From the NCBI GenBank assembly GCA_965249865.1, contig CBDFMZ010000002.1:1483304-1547303 (forward strand): a stretch of 64,000 bases of DNA, written 5' to 3'. Of the stretch, positions 29,009 to 38,333 are shown piece after piece. The position numbers were made by a program, and so were the translations under genes. The stretch is from Acidobacteriota bacterium. Lineage in GTDB: Bacteria; Acidobacteriota; UBA6911; RPQK01; CBDFMZ01. Below the pieces are notes generated by a model, which did no database searches, had not been told where the DNA came from, and saw only the letters and a program-made list of their open reading frames with translations. How positions within the stretch are numbered: the stretch's first letter is position 1; every line of letters begins with the position of its first letter.

Positions 29009-29920
29009 TCAACGGTCAATGGTTTGTGGGAAGCGCTCTTTCTTGAGCGCCGCAAACTGTTGGTCAGCAAGATAACTGGAGCGTACCAGTGGACCGCTCT
29101 CGACATGATTAAAACCGATCTGCTCGCCAACCTGCTTCCAGTAGCGAAACTCATCCGGGTGATAATAGCGCTCTACGGGTAGGTTCCAGCTTTTCGGACG
29201 CAGGTACTGGCCCACGGTCAAGATACTCACCCTTCGATTGACCAGGTCGCGCATCACTTGTTGGATCTCTGCGGCCGTTTCTCCCAAGCCGACCATCATT
29301 CCTGTCTTGGTCGTGATTTCCGGGGCTAGTTTCTTAGAACACTCCAGAACCCACAGAGAGATCTTATAGTCCCCACCTCCCCGCGCCTTGGGATAAAGTC
29401 GAGGAACAGTCTCGATGTTATGATTGAGGATCTCAGGTTTGGCATCGAGCACTGTTTCTAAGGCTTTTCGGCAGCCCTTAAAGTCAGGGATCAGGACCTC
29501 AACGATACACTCAGGACTCCTTTTGCGGATTTCGCGGATGGTTGCCGCAAAAATTCCAGCACCTCCATCCTCCAGATCATCCCGGTCCACCGAAGTGATC
29601 ACGGCATGTTTTAGACCCATCACCTCGACTGCCTGCGCTACACGCTTCGGCTCCTGCCTATCCAACTGGAAAGGTTTTCCCTTACTAACCGCACAGTAAC
29701 GGCATCCTCGGGTACAGATATCGCCTAGGATCATAAACGTCGCTACCCCATGGCCCCAACATTCCCCCATATTGGGACACATCGCTTCCTCGCACACCGT
29801 GTGTAAACTTAAACCGCCGATGATTTTTTTAAGTGCGTGTACCTGCTCTCCGAAGGGAGCCCGAACTCTCAACCAGGAAGGATGTTTGCCCGGGAGTCTG
29901 CTTTTCGTTTGATCCTGCAT
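29009..29920 (-). CDS. lipA: Lipoyl synthase
   Basis: CEEAMCPNMGECW is the auxiliary-cluster Cys triad and CTRGCRYCAV is the radical-SAM CX3CX2C. These are the diagnostic LipA motifs. Length is 303 aa. Confidence 0.9.
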   Translation of the reverse strand: MQDQTKSRLPGKHPSWLRVRAPFGEQVHALKKIIGGLSLHTVCEEAMCPNMGECWGHGVATFMILGDICTRGCRYCAVSKGKPFQLDRQEPKRVAQAVEVMGLKHAVITSVDRDDLEDGGAGIFAATIREIRKRSPECIVEVLIPDFKGCRKALETVLDAKPEILNHNIETVPRLYPKARGGGDYKISLWVLECSKKLAPEITTKTGMMVGLGETAAEIQQVMRDLVNRRVSILTVGQYLRPKSWNLPVERYYHPDEFRYWKQVGEQIGFNHVESGPLVRSSYLADQQFAALKKERFPQTIDR

Positions 29921-29951
29921 CTGCGCTTAACAATAGCAAATTTGGGCCTAA

Positions 29952-30284
29952 TTGCACAGAGCTGCTAGTGTCCCCCTGACCAAGAGGCTGACCAAAGTCA
30001 CCTCCGCTCCGCAGAACACCAGCACCTGTTTGTTACAATGTGAGCCGCCAACAGATGATCAGGTTGGTGTTTGTCTGGTCCTGGTTTTCACCGGTTGGTG
30101 GCGACAGGACACCAGGATGTCCATTGCCGACAATTGCGCTGGACAACGCGATCCAAATACGTTTTGGGAGATTAGTTGCTCCTTATTTTGCCGAAATCAC
30201 GGCAGGAGGGGATGGTTACCTTCAGTCACTGGCTGGATCCTGGCCGAAAGAGTCCCACTCAAGATGTATTGTTCGTATACTTAA
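29952..30284 (+). CDS. Orphan small ORF (110 aa, Cys/Trp-rich) ending immediately at a strong intrinsic terminator; alternatively a non-coding RNA
   Basis: The ORF stop TAA at 30282-30284 abuts the hairpin at 30283-30317. There is no recognisable family and codon usage was not assessed. Confidence 0.25.
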   Translation: MHRAASVPLTKRLTKVTSAPQNTSTCLLQCEPPTDDQVGVCLVLVFTGWWRQDTRMSIADNCAGQRDPNTFWEISCSLFCRNHGRRGWLPSVTGWILAERVPLKMYCSYT

Positions 30285-30317
30285 AACTGCCCAAAGAGAT
30301 CGTACGAGGGCAGTTTT
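30283..30317. terminator. Palindromic intrinsic-terminator-like hairpin (bidirectional)
   Basis: AAAACTGCCC-(15 nt)-GGGCAGTTTT is a perfect 10-bp inverted repeat with a GC-rich core, flanked by A4/T4. Confidence 0.5.
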
Positions 30318-30676
30318 CGGTTAGATCTTCCTAGTGGTACTACTATTGCGGGATTTCCTCCATGTCGGGATCGCGCGAAAGGGTCACGTTCAAGTCATCT
30401 GATAAGCCATCACCGCCGCTTGACAGAGGGCTCTACACCCCTTACCTTGAGTGGGCCGGGCGATCAGAAAACGCCCTTATTACCCTGGAACTGCAGGCCA
30501 CAATCGGAGAGGGTGTGTAACAACATGACCAACCAGTACTTCCAAAACGTCCTGGTCGTGAAGTGGGAGAAGGTTGTCTCAAGTTGTTGCCCTGTCAACA
30601 TTGTTAACTGGATCATTACGACTCGGGATAGCACAATCCGAAAGCGCAAGAACATCTCCGTCAACCACCTAAGTTA

Positions 30677-31219
30677 ATGACCTTCTTTACCGCACAAACG
30701 GCCTTCTATTATATGGCGACGGCTAGCATCACGAGCGCTCTCTTAGCCGTGACGCGAAAGAATCCTGTCCATAGCATGCTTTGGGTGCTGGCCTTATTCC
30801 TGCACGTGGCAGGCATCTTCTTGTTGTTGGGCGCGGAGTTCCTGGCAGCGGTACAGGTCATTGTTTACGCAGGCGCCATTTTGGTTTTCTACCTCATCGT
30901 CCTGATGCTTCTCGACCTGCCGAGCGAGGAGGCTCGGCCCCGGTTCGGCGCCCATTGGCCGTTCGCCGCTGCCGGTGGACTGGGTCTGGTGATAGCCGGG
31001 GCCTGGATCGCCCAGATCGAGAAGCTCGACCCTGTTAGAACGGGAGCGGCGCCAGTTGCTGCAGGTATAGCATCGGAAGCTCCGCCTCCGGGCAGTCTAT
31101 CGCAGGTGGGCATGGCTCTCTTCGGCCCATTCGCCCTACCCTTTGAGATAACCTCACTGGTCCTCCTCGCCGCCATCGTAGGGGCGGTCGCGGTCGCAAG
31201 GAGGAGGGAACGATCATGA
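30677..31219 (+). CDS. nuoJ: NADH-quinone oxidoreductase subunit J
   Basis: A 180-aa membrane protein (...MLWVLALFLHVAGIFLLLGAEFLAAVQVIVYAGAILVFYLIV...) matching the ND6/NuoJ pattern, followed by nuoK with a 4-bp overlap. Confidence 0.8.
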   Translation: MTFFTAQTAFYYMATASITSALLAVTRKNPVHSMLWVLALFLHVAGIFLLLGAEFLAAVQVIVYAGAILVFYLIVLMLLDLPSEEARPRFGAHWPFAAAGGLGLVIAGAWIAQIEKLDPVRTGAAPVAAGIASEAPPPGSLSQVGMALFGPFALPFEITSLVLLAAIVGAVAVARRRERS

Positions 31220-31521
31220 TTGTTCCCCTGGGCGGGGTTCTGGTCTTGAGCGCCGTCCTCTTTGGGATCGGAGTATTCGGCTTTCTGGCCCGGCGCAACA
31301 TCATCCTGATGCTGGTCTCTGTTGAGATAATGCTCAATGCAGTGAACCTCAGCCTAGCCGGATTCAGCCAACACTTCGGTGACCAACGCGGCCAGGTCCT
31401 TGCACTCTTCGTGATTGCCGTTGCAGCTGCAGAGGCAGGAGTCGGTCTTGGTCTTGTGATTGCCTTGAACCGGAACAGGCCTGGTGCCGGCGTGGGTGAC
31501 CTGACCCAGCTCAAATGGTGA
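31216..31521 (+). CDS. nuoK: NADH-quinone oxidoreductase subunit K
   Basis: The 101-aa three-TM protein has the conserved membrane Glu (VEIMLNAVNL...AAAEAGVGL), the ND4L signature. Confidence 0.85.
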   Translation: MIVPLGGVLVLSAVLFGIGVFGFLARRNIILMLVSVEIMLNAVNLSLAGFSQHFGDQRGQVLALFVIAVAAAEAGVGLGLVIALNRNRPGAGVGDLTQLKW

Positions 31522-33006
31522 CTACGATGGAAACAAACGGCATCTTGGTTTCGCTCATGCCACTACTCACAGTACTGGTGCCGGCCGTGGGTGCACTCCT
31601 CATCGCTTTCACTGGGGAAAGGCGAGCCAATTTGAGAGAGTTCTGGTCCGTTGCTGCCGGTGTCCTGATGTTTGCCCTTGTAGTGGGCATGATCCTGGAG
31701 GTCCGGGCTGGCGACACGCCGGAATGTGTACTCTTCCGTATTCTCCCCGGAATTGAACTAGCGTTTCAGGTGGATACCTTTCGGCCTGCTCTTCGCCTCG
31801 GGGGCATCGCTACTATGGATCTTGACCTCGTTTTACTCGATCGGCTATATGCGTTCTCTTCAAGAGCACGCTCAAACCCGCTACTTTTCCTGCTTCGCTC
31901 TGGCTCTTTCTGCCACCGTGGGGGTGGCCTTCTCAGCCAATCTGTTCACCATGTTTCTGTTTTACGAGGCCTTGACCCTGGTTACCTACCCCCTGGTGGG
32001 CCACAAGCAGACGGCCGAAGCCAAGGCAGGCGCCCGCAAATACGTTATTTATCTACTGGGTGCTGCCAAGCTGTTCCTCCTGACCGCCATTATCCTGACC
32101 TACAATGTAACCGGAACCCTGGAGTTTCGCAAAGGCGGGATCCTGTCGGTTGAGCAGATCAGAGAACATCCTATCCTTCTCTATGTGATCTTCGCGCTGT
32201 TCCTTTTCGGATTCGCAAAGAACGCACTTATGCCGCTGCACAGCTGGCTGCCGGCAGCCATGGTGGCCCCCACCCCTGTGAGCGCCTTGCTACATGCCGT
32301 GGCCGTCGTGAAAACCGGAGTGTTCTGCACGCTGAGGGTCTTTCTATTTGTTTTCGGAACTGGCGCGATACACGATCTCGGCGCGGACCACTTGGCACTA
32401 GGAGCAGCCTCGGTCACGATCATTCTTGGGTCGCTCCTTGCGCTTGGGCAAGACAACCTCAAAGCCCGACTGGCTTTCTCCACCGTCAGTCAGCTCTCCT
32501 ATATCATCTTGGGAGCGGCGCTCTTGAACCAGAACGGGATGCTAGGCGGGATAGCCCATATCACCAACCATGCCGTGTCGAAGATTACCCTCTTCTTGTG
32601 CGCCGGCTCTATTTACGTATCATCACATAAGACCGAAATTAGCCAGATGTCTGGTCTTGCCAAGCGTATGCCGTGGACCATGGCTGCGTTTGCTCTTGCG
32701 TCCCTGAGCGTGGTGGGCATTCCTCCTACCTCCGGATTCGTCTCCAAGTGGTACCTGGTACTAGGTTCGGTAGAGCAACACAGCCTTACTTTTTTAGGGG
32801 TACTTCTAGTGAGCTCACTTCTCAACGCTGCGTACCTGGGACCGGTCGTGTATAAGGGATACTTCGAAGAGTCACCGCAGGCACAGGAAGAGGTCCGCGA
32901 GGTTCCCTGGATGGTTGTGCCCTTGACAATCAGCGGGGCCGCAAGCTTGCTCCTAGGCCTTTATCCGAACCCTGTACTGGAGCTAGCCGGGGGGGCTATA
33001 CCGTGA
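31515..33006 (+). CDS. Extra complex-I antiporter-like subunit, MrpD/NuoM-N-type (about 497 aa), with an apparent +1 frameshift near 31776-31795
   Basis: The N-terminus is in frame 0 (...ILPGIELAFQVD). The remainder is in the +1 frame (WIPFGLLFASGASLLWILTSFYSIGYM...HSWLPAAMVAPTPVSALLHAVAVVKTGVF...HITNHAVSKITLF...GFVSKWYL). All canonical antiporter residues are retained (TM5 Glu, TM7 Lys, HxxxHxxxK, TM12 Lys). There is no NuoL-type C-terminal helix. Confidence 0.65.
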
Positions 33007-33266
33007 TTTTTTTTCAAAAGTCCCTGGAAGATCCAGTCCGCTTGGCCCGGCTCAAATATTGGTTCTATATGGGCCTGGCGGCGGCGGCTCTAGCAGAAAT
33101 CGTTGTGCCGGTTGTCTTCCAGGCCGATCATCCCCACTTCTCGTTTGAGCGTTTCCCAGCTTGGGGATCGCTCTATGGATTGGTCTCCTGTCTCGCGATC
33201 GTAGTCGTGTCTAAATTGATCGGGAAGGTGTGGCTCACTCGCCGCGAAGACTATTATGACTCTTGA
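33003..33266 (+). CDS. Small two-TM membrane protein embedded in the nuo antiporter module (87 aa)
   Basis: A GTG start overlaps the stop of the preceding gene, and its own stop overlaps the nuoL start. Two hydrophobic helices (WFYMGLAAAALAEIVVPVVF; LYGLVSCLAIVVVSKLIG). No known Nuo subunit was recognised. Confidence 0.45.
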   Translation: MIFFQKSLEDPVRLARLKYWFYMGLAAAALAEIVVPVVFQADHPHFSFERFPAWGSLYGLVSCLAIVVVSKLIGKVWLTRREDYYDS

Positions 33267-35022
33267 GTGGATCCACCCAGGGCTTTTGCTGATCCTAGGC
33301 TCTTGGGGATTACCCTTCCTTCAAGGCCGTGCCAAACGGTTGGCTATGCTCCTCCTGCCTGCCGGGTCACTGGCTATCTGCCTCAGCATGACGCCAGGCA
33401 ACTATGGCGAGGTCAGTTTCCTCGGACAGGTTCTTGTGTTTGGTCGAGTGGACAAGTTAAGTCTAATCTTCTCCTATGTCTTCTCGATCATGACCTTTCT
33501 CGGCATGGTGTACGCCCTCCATGTGAAGGAGGATGCTCAGCACGTAACGGCACTGACCTATGCGGGGGCTGCACTCGGGGTGACGTTTGCTGGGGATCTC
33601 CTCTCCCTGTATGTGTTCTGGGAACTCCTGGCGATCTCATCGGTGCTTCTGATTTGGCAGTGCCGGAAACCGGCTGCGGTGGCAGCCGGTTTCCGCTACC
33701 TCCTGATTCACGTCTTTGGGGGGCTTATCCTCCTGGCAGGAATTATACTGCACTGGTCCCAAACCGGGTCGATCGCCTTCGTGGAAATGGGTCCTTTTGC
33801 CAGCGGGCCGGCCTGGGTTTTGATCCTGTTGGCCTTCCTGCTCAACGCCGCGGTACCGCCCCTTGGAGCATGGCTCCCGGATGCCTATCCGGAAGCTACG
33901 GTCACGGGCGCAGTCTTCATGACTGCTTTCACCACCAAGTCCGCAGTCTACGTCTTGATTCGGGGCTTCCCCGGATCCGAGCTTCTGGTCTGGCTGGGAG
34001 CCGCAATGGCCGTCTACGGTGTGGTATACGCTGTGTTGGAAAACGACGCGCGCCGTTTGCTAGCCTACCATATCATAAGCCAAGTTGGCTACATGGTCTG
34101 CGGAGTGGGAATCGGGACCGCACTGGCCCTAAACGGCGCTGCAGCCCACGCATTCGCGCACATCATCTACAAAGGTCTCCTCTTCATGGGAGCCGGCGCC
34201 GTCCAGGAGGTGACTGGACACAGAAAACTAAGTGATATGGGTGGGCTCTACAAGACCATGCCGATCACCCTCGGCCTCTATCTGGTAGGCGCCTTCGCCA
34301 TTTCAGCCGCGCCTTTCTTTAGTGGTTTCGTGAGCAAGTCCATGGTGGTCTCTGCCGCCGGTGATTCCCACCGAACGCTGGTTTTTCTCATGCTCACTCT
34401 AGCGTCTTCCGGAACGTTTCTTCACACGGGCCTTAAACTCCCATACTACATGTTCTTCGGCAAAGATTCAGGCCTACGCGGCCAGGAGCCACCTAGGAAC
34501 ATGCTTGTGGCTATGGGCTTGGCTGCAATTGTGTGCATAGGGATAGGGATCTTCCCTGGCCTACTTTACCGGTACCTTCCTCAGCCGGTCGACTACGCCC
34601 CATACACCTTGCAGCACATCACGGCCACCTTGGGAATGTTGGGCTTCACAGCCCTGGGTTTTTTCCTGCTGCTCAAACATCTCGACCCTGAGCCCAAGAT
34701 CAGCCTTGACACAGACTGGTTTTACCGCAAAGGTTTTTCGGCCGCCATAGGCCTAACCCAAAGCCCACTGAAACGTCTAGAGTCTAGCTTTGTGGGGGAG
34801 ATCTATGAGGCTGTCGTGCGGCGTCTCGTGTTAGGTGGTGCGGCTCTCATGCGCAGGTTTGACACTCACGTCGTTGATTCCACAGCGCTGGGCATAGGTC
34901 GATTGACCCAGGCCTTCGGTCAAATTTTGAAGACCACGGTAAGCGGCAACACCCAACACTACGGGTTAATCATGATTGCGGGTGTCTTATTGTTGCTCGT
35001 TCTAGCAGTACTTGCACTATGA
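33256..35022 (+). CDS. nuoL: NADH-quinone oxidoreductase subunit L (with C-terminal long-helix region), divergent core
   Basis: The product is 588 aa. LAYHIISQVGYM, AAAHAFAHIIYKGLLF (H..H..K) and GFVSKS (TM12 Lys) are NuoL-like. The C-terminus DTHVVDSTALGIGRL...NTQHYGLIMIAG matches the NuoL horizontal-helix/TM16 region. The TM7 KSAQ Lys position reads LLNAAVPPLGAWLPDA (Lys to Asn), and GPTPVSALIH is replaced by EATVTGAVFM. Confidence 0.7.
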   Translation: MTLEWIHPGLLLILGSWGLPFLQGRAKRLAMLLLPAGSLAICLSMTPGNYGEVSFLGQVLVFGRVDKLSLIFSYVFSIMTFLGMVYALHVKEDAQHVTALTYAGAALGVTFAGDLLSLYVFWELLAISSVLLIWQCRKPAAVAAGFRYLLIHVFGGLILLAGIILHWSQTGSIAFVEMGPFASGPAWVLILLAFLLNAAVPPLGAWLPDAYPEATVTGAVFMTAFTTKSAVYVLIRGFPGSELLVWLGAAMAVYGVVYAVLENDARRLLAYHIISQVGYMVCGVGIGTALALNGAAAHAFAHIIYKGLLFMGAGAVQEVTGHRKLSDMGGLYKTMPITLGLYLVGAFAISAAPFFSGFVSKSMVVSAAGDSHRTLVFLMLTLASSGTFLHTGLKLPYYMFFGKDSGLRGQEPPRNMLVAMGLAAIVCIGIGIFPGLLYRYLPQPVDYAPYTLQHITATLGMLGFTALGFFLLLKHLDPEPKISLDTDWFYRKGFSAAIGLTQSPLKRLESSFVGEIYEAVVRRLVLGGAALMRRFDTHVVDSTALGIGRLTQAFGQILKTTVSGNTQHYGLIMIAGVLLLLVLAVLAL

Positions 35023-36482
35023 CAGCTTCCCCGATTTTGACAGTCATAACCTTTCTGCCTCTCGTCGGCGCGATCCTTATACTGCTCTTTCGCAGCGAGC
35101 AGCTATCGCGCTGGATTGCACTGGCCACCACGCTGGCCACCCTGGCTGTCTCGACCCCGCTCTACTGGAGCTTCGACAAGACCTCAAGCACCCTGCAATT
35201 CGTCGATTCTGCGGACTGGATCCCGACGTGGAACATCTCCTATCGAATGGGTGTGGACGGACTCAGCCTCCCATTTATCTTCCTCGCAGCGCTCCTAAGC
35301 CTCCTGTGTGTTGGTGCCTCATGGACCGCGGTCAGCACGAAAGTACGAGAGTTTTACGGGGTGCTCCTATTTGCCGAAACCGCAATGATCGGGCTCTTCG
35401 CTGCTGCAAATCTTTTTCTTTTCTTTATCTTCTGGGAACTCATGATCATCCCCATCTTGATCCTCATCGGTGTCTGGGGCGGCTCAGAACGAGTCTACGC
35501 CGCAGTCAAGTTTTTGCTTTTCACGCTGGCCGGCAGTGTGTTGATGTTGGTGGGCATAATCACCCTCTACCACACTTGCGGTACTCTGGACTTCAAAGCC
35601 CTTGCCAGATTTGGGCTTCAGCCCGAGCTACAGGCCTGGCTCTTCCTAGCATTCCTGACTGCCTTCGCCGTCAAGGTACCCATGTTCCCAGTGCATACAT
35701 GGCTCCCGGACGCTCACACCCAGGCTCCTACCGCGGGGAGCGTGATCTTGGCCGGGATCCTTCTGAAGATGGGGGCCTATGGATTCCTACGGATTTCACT
35801 GCCCATACTTCCCGACGCCGTGCAGCTCTTCCTCTATCCAATGCTCGTCGTCTCTGCAGTTGCCATCGTCTATGGCGCCTACGTGACCTTAGCCCAAACG
35901 GACCTCAAGCGCCTCATTGCTTATTCGAGTGTCAGCCACATGGGCTTTGTCACCCTGGGTATTTTTACCCTCAACCGCAACGGTGTCGAAGGCGCGATCC
36001 TGCAAATGATCAACCACGGAATCATCAGCGCCGCTCTTTTCTTGTGTGTCGGCATAATCTACGAGCGCACCCACACACTGGATATTAAGGAATACGGTGG
36101 AGTTGCCAAAAACGCTCCTGCTTATTCCACTTTCTTGGCTCTCTTCTGCCTGGCCGCTGCTGGATTTCCGGGTTTGAACTCTTTCGTAGGGGAGTTCCTC
36201 ATCATCGGAGGGGCGTTCGAAACCACGGCCTGGCTTGGGGCAATGGCCGTCTGGGGAGTTGCCTTGGGAACAGCTTACTTGGTTTGGCTCTACTACCGGG
36301 TCGTCATGGGAGAGATGAACCCAGGCCTTGAAGGGCTCAAACTCGAGCTTAACATCCGTGAGGTGGCGACTTTGGCCCCTCTGGCCTTCCTCGCCTTGTA
36401 TCTGGGTCTCTACCCTGAGTGTGTGCTTTCCTATCTTCGCGTTCCCGTCGCCGAACTCTTGGCTGCTGGAGCCACGCCATGA
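35019..36482 (+). CDS. nuoM: NADH-quinone oxidoreductase subunit M
   Basis: HTWLPDAHTQAPTAGSVILAGILLKMGAYGF is the diagnostic NuoM/ND4 motif. The 487-aa product has ATGA overlaps on both sides. Confidence 0.9.
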   Translation: MTASPILTVITFLPLVGAILILLFRSEQLSRWIALATTLATLAVSTPLYWSFDKTSSTLQFVDSADWIPTWNISYRMGVDGLSLPFIFLAALLSLLCVGASWTAVSTKVREFYGVLLFAETAMIGLFAAANLFLFFIFWELMIIPILILIGVWGGSERVYAAVKFLLFTLAGSVLMLVGIITLYHTCGTLDFKALARFGLQPELQAWLFLAFLTAFAVKVPMFPVHTWLPDAHTQAPTAGSVILAGILLKMGAYGFLRISLPILPDAVQLFLYPMLVVSAVAIVYGAYVTLAQTDLKRLIAYSSVSHMGFVTLGIFTLNRNGVEGAILQMINHGIISAALFLCVGIIYERTHTLDIKEYGGVAKNAPAYSTFLALFCLAAAGFPGLNSFVGEFLIIGGAFETTAWLGAMAVWGVALGTAYLVWLYYRVVMGEMNPGLEGLKLELNIREVATLAPLAFLALYLGLYPECVLSYLRVPVAELLAAGATP

Positions 36483-37888
36483 ACCTAGGTGACCTAACCC
36501 TAATCTTACCGGAGCTGATTCTGGTTACTGCCGCATTGGCGTTCATCCTTGCGACGCGCCGAATCCGAAGCGCACCTGTATTCACGGTAGGGGCGGTTTT
36601 AGCTGGGCTGGCAGCTGCCTCAAGCTCGGTTTGGCTCCTGCCAGGGACACCCAAGACGGGGTTCGGAGACATGATCATCTTGGACGGCTACTCCCAATTC
36701 TTCAAGGTTCTCATCGCGTTTGCCCTAGTCCTCGCTGTACTTCTGTCGGTAAACCGGTACGACGCAGGACATGTTCGGTCCGGTGAGTACCATGCTTTGC
36801 TCCTCTTGGCCACGACGGGAATGATGTTCGCGGCCTCAGCCCTCGATTTCCTGACCCTATACTTGAACCTCGAGCTCATGACTCTTTGTTCGTACATCTT
36901 AGTTGGGATCACGGTCGAGAAGTCGGTATCAAACGAGGCTGCGGTCAAGTACCTCCTCCTGGGTTCCTTCGCTTCGGCTCTGCTCCTCTACGGGATCGCC
37001 CTGACTTACGGAGTTACGGGTACTACGAACTTTACAGGTATTGCCTCGGCTCTCTCAGCGCACGGATTAGGAAATAACCACATCCTTTTGGCGGCGGTTG
37101 GTCTGTTGGTCGCGGGGCTTGCATTTAAGATTGCGGCGGTCCCGTTTCATGCCTGGGCGCCGGACGCTTATCAGGGCGCGAGCGCTCCGGTCGCAGCCTT
37201 TTTGGCAACCGCCTTCAAGGCCGCTGGCTTTGCCGCACTGGGACGGGTCTGCCTGGTCGCATTGCCTACTGCCCATACTTTACCCGTCGTTCTGATGGGC
37301 CTCGCCACGCTCTCCCTAGTCGTGGGAAGTGTCATTGCCCTGTCCCAAACGAACATGAAACGCTTATTGGCATATTCCTCGATTGCACATGCCGGCTACG
37401 CCCTTCTGGGCTTGATTTCCGGGACACCCGAAGGAGCTTCGGCTACCATGACCTATGTCTTCCTATATGTCTTCATGACGTTGGGGGCCTTTGGCGTTGT
37501 CATCGCACTGGGTGAACGAGGGGAAAGCTTGGACGGTTATCGTGGTATAGCCGCGCAACGGCCAGGAACAGCCGCTCTCATGCTACTTTTCCTCCTTTCC
37601 CTGACCGGAATCCCGCCCACAGCCGGATTCGCGGCCAAGTTTCTCGTGATTCTCAGCGTGATCCGCGCAGACCATTTGGTGTTGGCAGTCCTGGCCGTAG
37701 TCTGTAGTGTGATCTCGGCCTTCGTCTACCTGCGTGTGGCGGTTCTCATGTACATGAAGGAACCACAGGAACCCGAACCCTCGGGCTACCCGCTGGCGAT
37801 CTCTGCCGTGCTTGCTGTGGCGGCTCTGGTCACGGTGATCGGGGGAATTTTCCCAGATAACCTCACCTTTTGGGCGGTGGCCCCGTGA
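36479..37888 (+). CDS. nuoN: NADH-quinone oxidoreductase subunit N
   Basis: HAWAPDAYQGASAPVAAFLATAFKAAGFAAL is the diagnostic NuoN/ND2 motif. The start was set at ATG 36479 (MNLGDLTLILPEL), which overlaps the nuoM stop. Confidence 0.85.
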   Translation: MNLGDLTLILPELILVTAALAFILATRRIRSAPVFTVGAVLAGLAAASSSVWLLPGTPKTGFGDMIILDGYSQFFKVLIAFALVLAVLLSVNRYDAGHVRSGEYHALLLLATTGMMFAASALDFLTLYLNLELMTLCSYILVGITVEKSVSNEAAVKYLLLGSFASALLLYGIALTYGVTGTTNFTGIASALSAHGLGNNHILLAAVGLLVAGLAFKIAAVPFHAWAPDAYQGASAPVAAFLATAFKAAGFAALGRVCLVALPTAHTLPVVLMGLATLSLVVGSVIALSQTNMKRLLAYSSIAHAGYALLGLISGTPEGASATMTYVFLYVFMTLGAFGVVIALGERGESLDGYRGIAAQRPGTAALMLLFLLSLTGIPPTAGFAAKFLVILSVIRADHLVLAVLAVVCSVISAFVYLRVAVLMYMKEPQEPEPSGYPLAISAVLAVAALVTVIGGIFPDNLTFWAVAP

Positions 37889-37895
37889 TGAGAAC

Positions 37896-37922
37896 GAGCA
37901 CCGGGTTGCGGCGATGGTGCTC
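37896..37922 (+). terminator. Terminator-like hairpin after nuoN
   Basis: GAGCACC-(13 nt)-GGTGCTC is a 7-bp perfect stem 8 nt after the nuoN stop, followed by TCTTCC, a weak U-tract. Confidence 0.35.
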
Positions 37923-37928
37923 TTCCGT

Positions 37929-37958
37929 ATAATGCGTATAGTGTGAAATAGGTATAAT
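37929..37958 (+). promoter_or_regulatory. Tandem TATAAT -10-like boxes upstream of nuoA
   Basis: cgTATAATgcg (37929-37934) and ggTATAATgtg (37953-37958) sit 21-45 bp upstream of the nuoA ATG at 37979. No clean -35 was identified. Confidence 0.35.
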
Positions 37959-37978
37959 GTGAAAACGATGGTCCAGCG

Positions 37979-38332
37979 ATGAGCGAGTACATCGGTATAG
38001 CAGTCTGTTTTGCCCTAGCCGGAGGCATCACGACAGCTATGGTGTTACTGGCTTCCACCTTGGGTGAGAAGAAGCCCTCACCCGTGAAGTCAGAAACGTT
38101 CGAGTGCGGGAACAAACCCTTCTCTCACCCGAGCGGGAAGTTGGCAATCAAGTTCTATTTGACTGCGATTCTGTTCATCTTATTCGATGTTGAGCTCATC
38201 TTCCTATATCCGTGGGCCGTTATCTACCGCAAGATTGGGATGGTGGGTCTAGTAGAGATGGGGGTCTTTCTGAGCATTTTGATGGTAGGCTACATCTACG
38301 CTTGGGACAACGGTGCCCTGGAGTGGCAGTGA
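37979..38332 (+). CDS. nuoA: NADH-quinone oxidoreductase subunit A
   Basis: The 117-aa three-TM protein (...FECGNKPF...KFYLTAILFILFDVELIFLYPWA...) matches the NuoA/ND3 consensus. Confidence 0.9.
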   Translation: MSEYIGIAVCFALAGGITTAMVLLASTLGEKKPSPVKSETFECGNKPFSHPSGKLAIKFYLTAILFILFDVELIFLYPWAVIYRKIGMVGLVEMGVFLSILMVGYIYAWDNGALEWQ

Positions 38333-38333
38333 T

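Noticed and set aside
33267-36088. Long alternative-frame ORFs (33267-34235 at 322 aa; 35012-36088 at 358 aa) overlapping nuoL and nuoM
   Set aside because: They are Arg/Pro/Gly-rich with no membrane or family signal. They are typical GC-rich off-frame artefacts lying inside strongly supported nuo genes.
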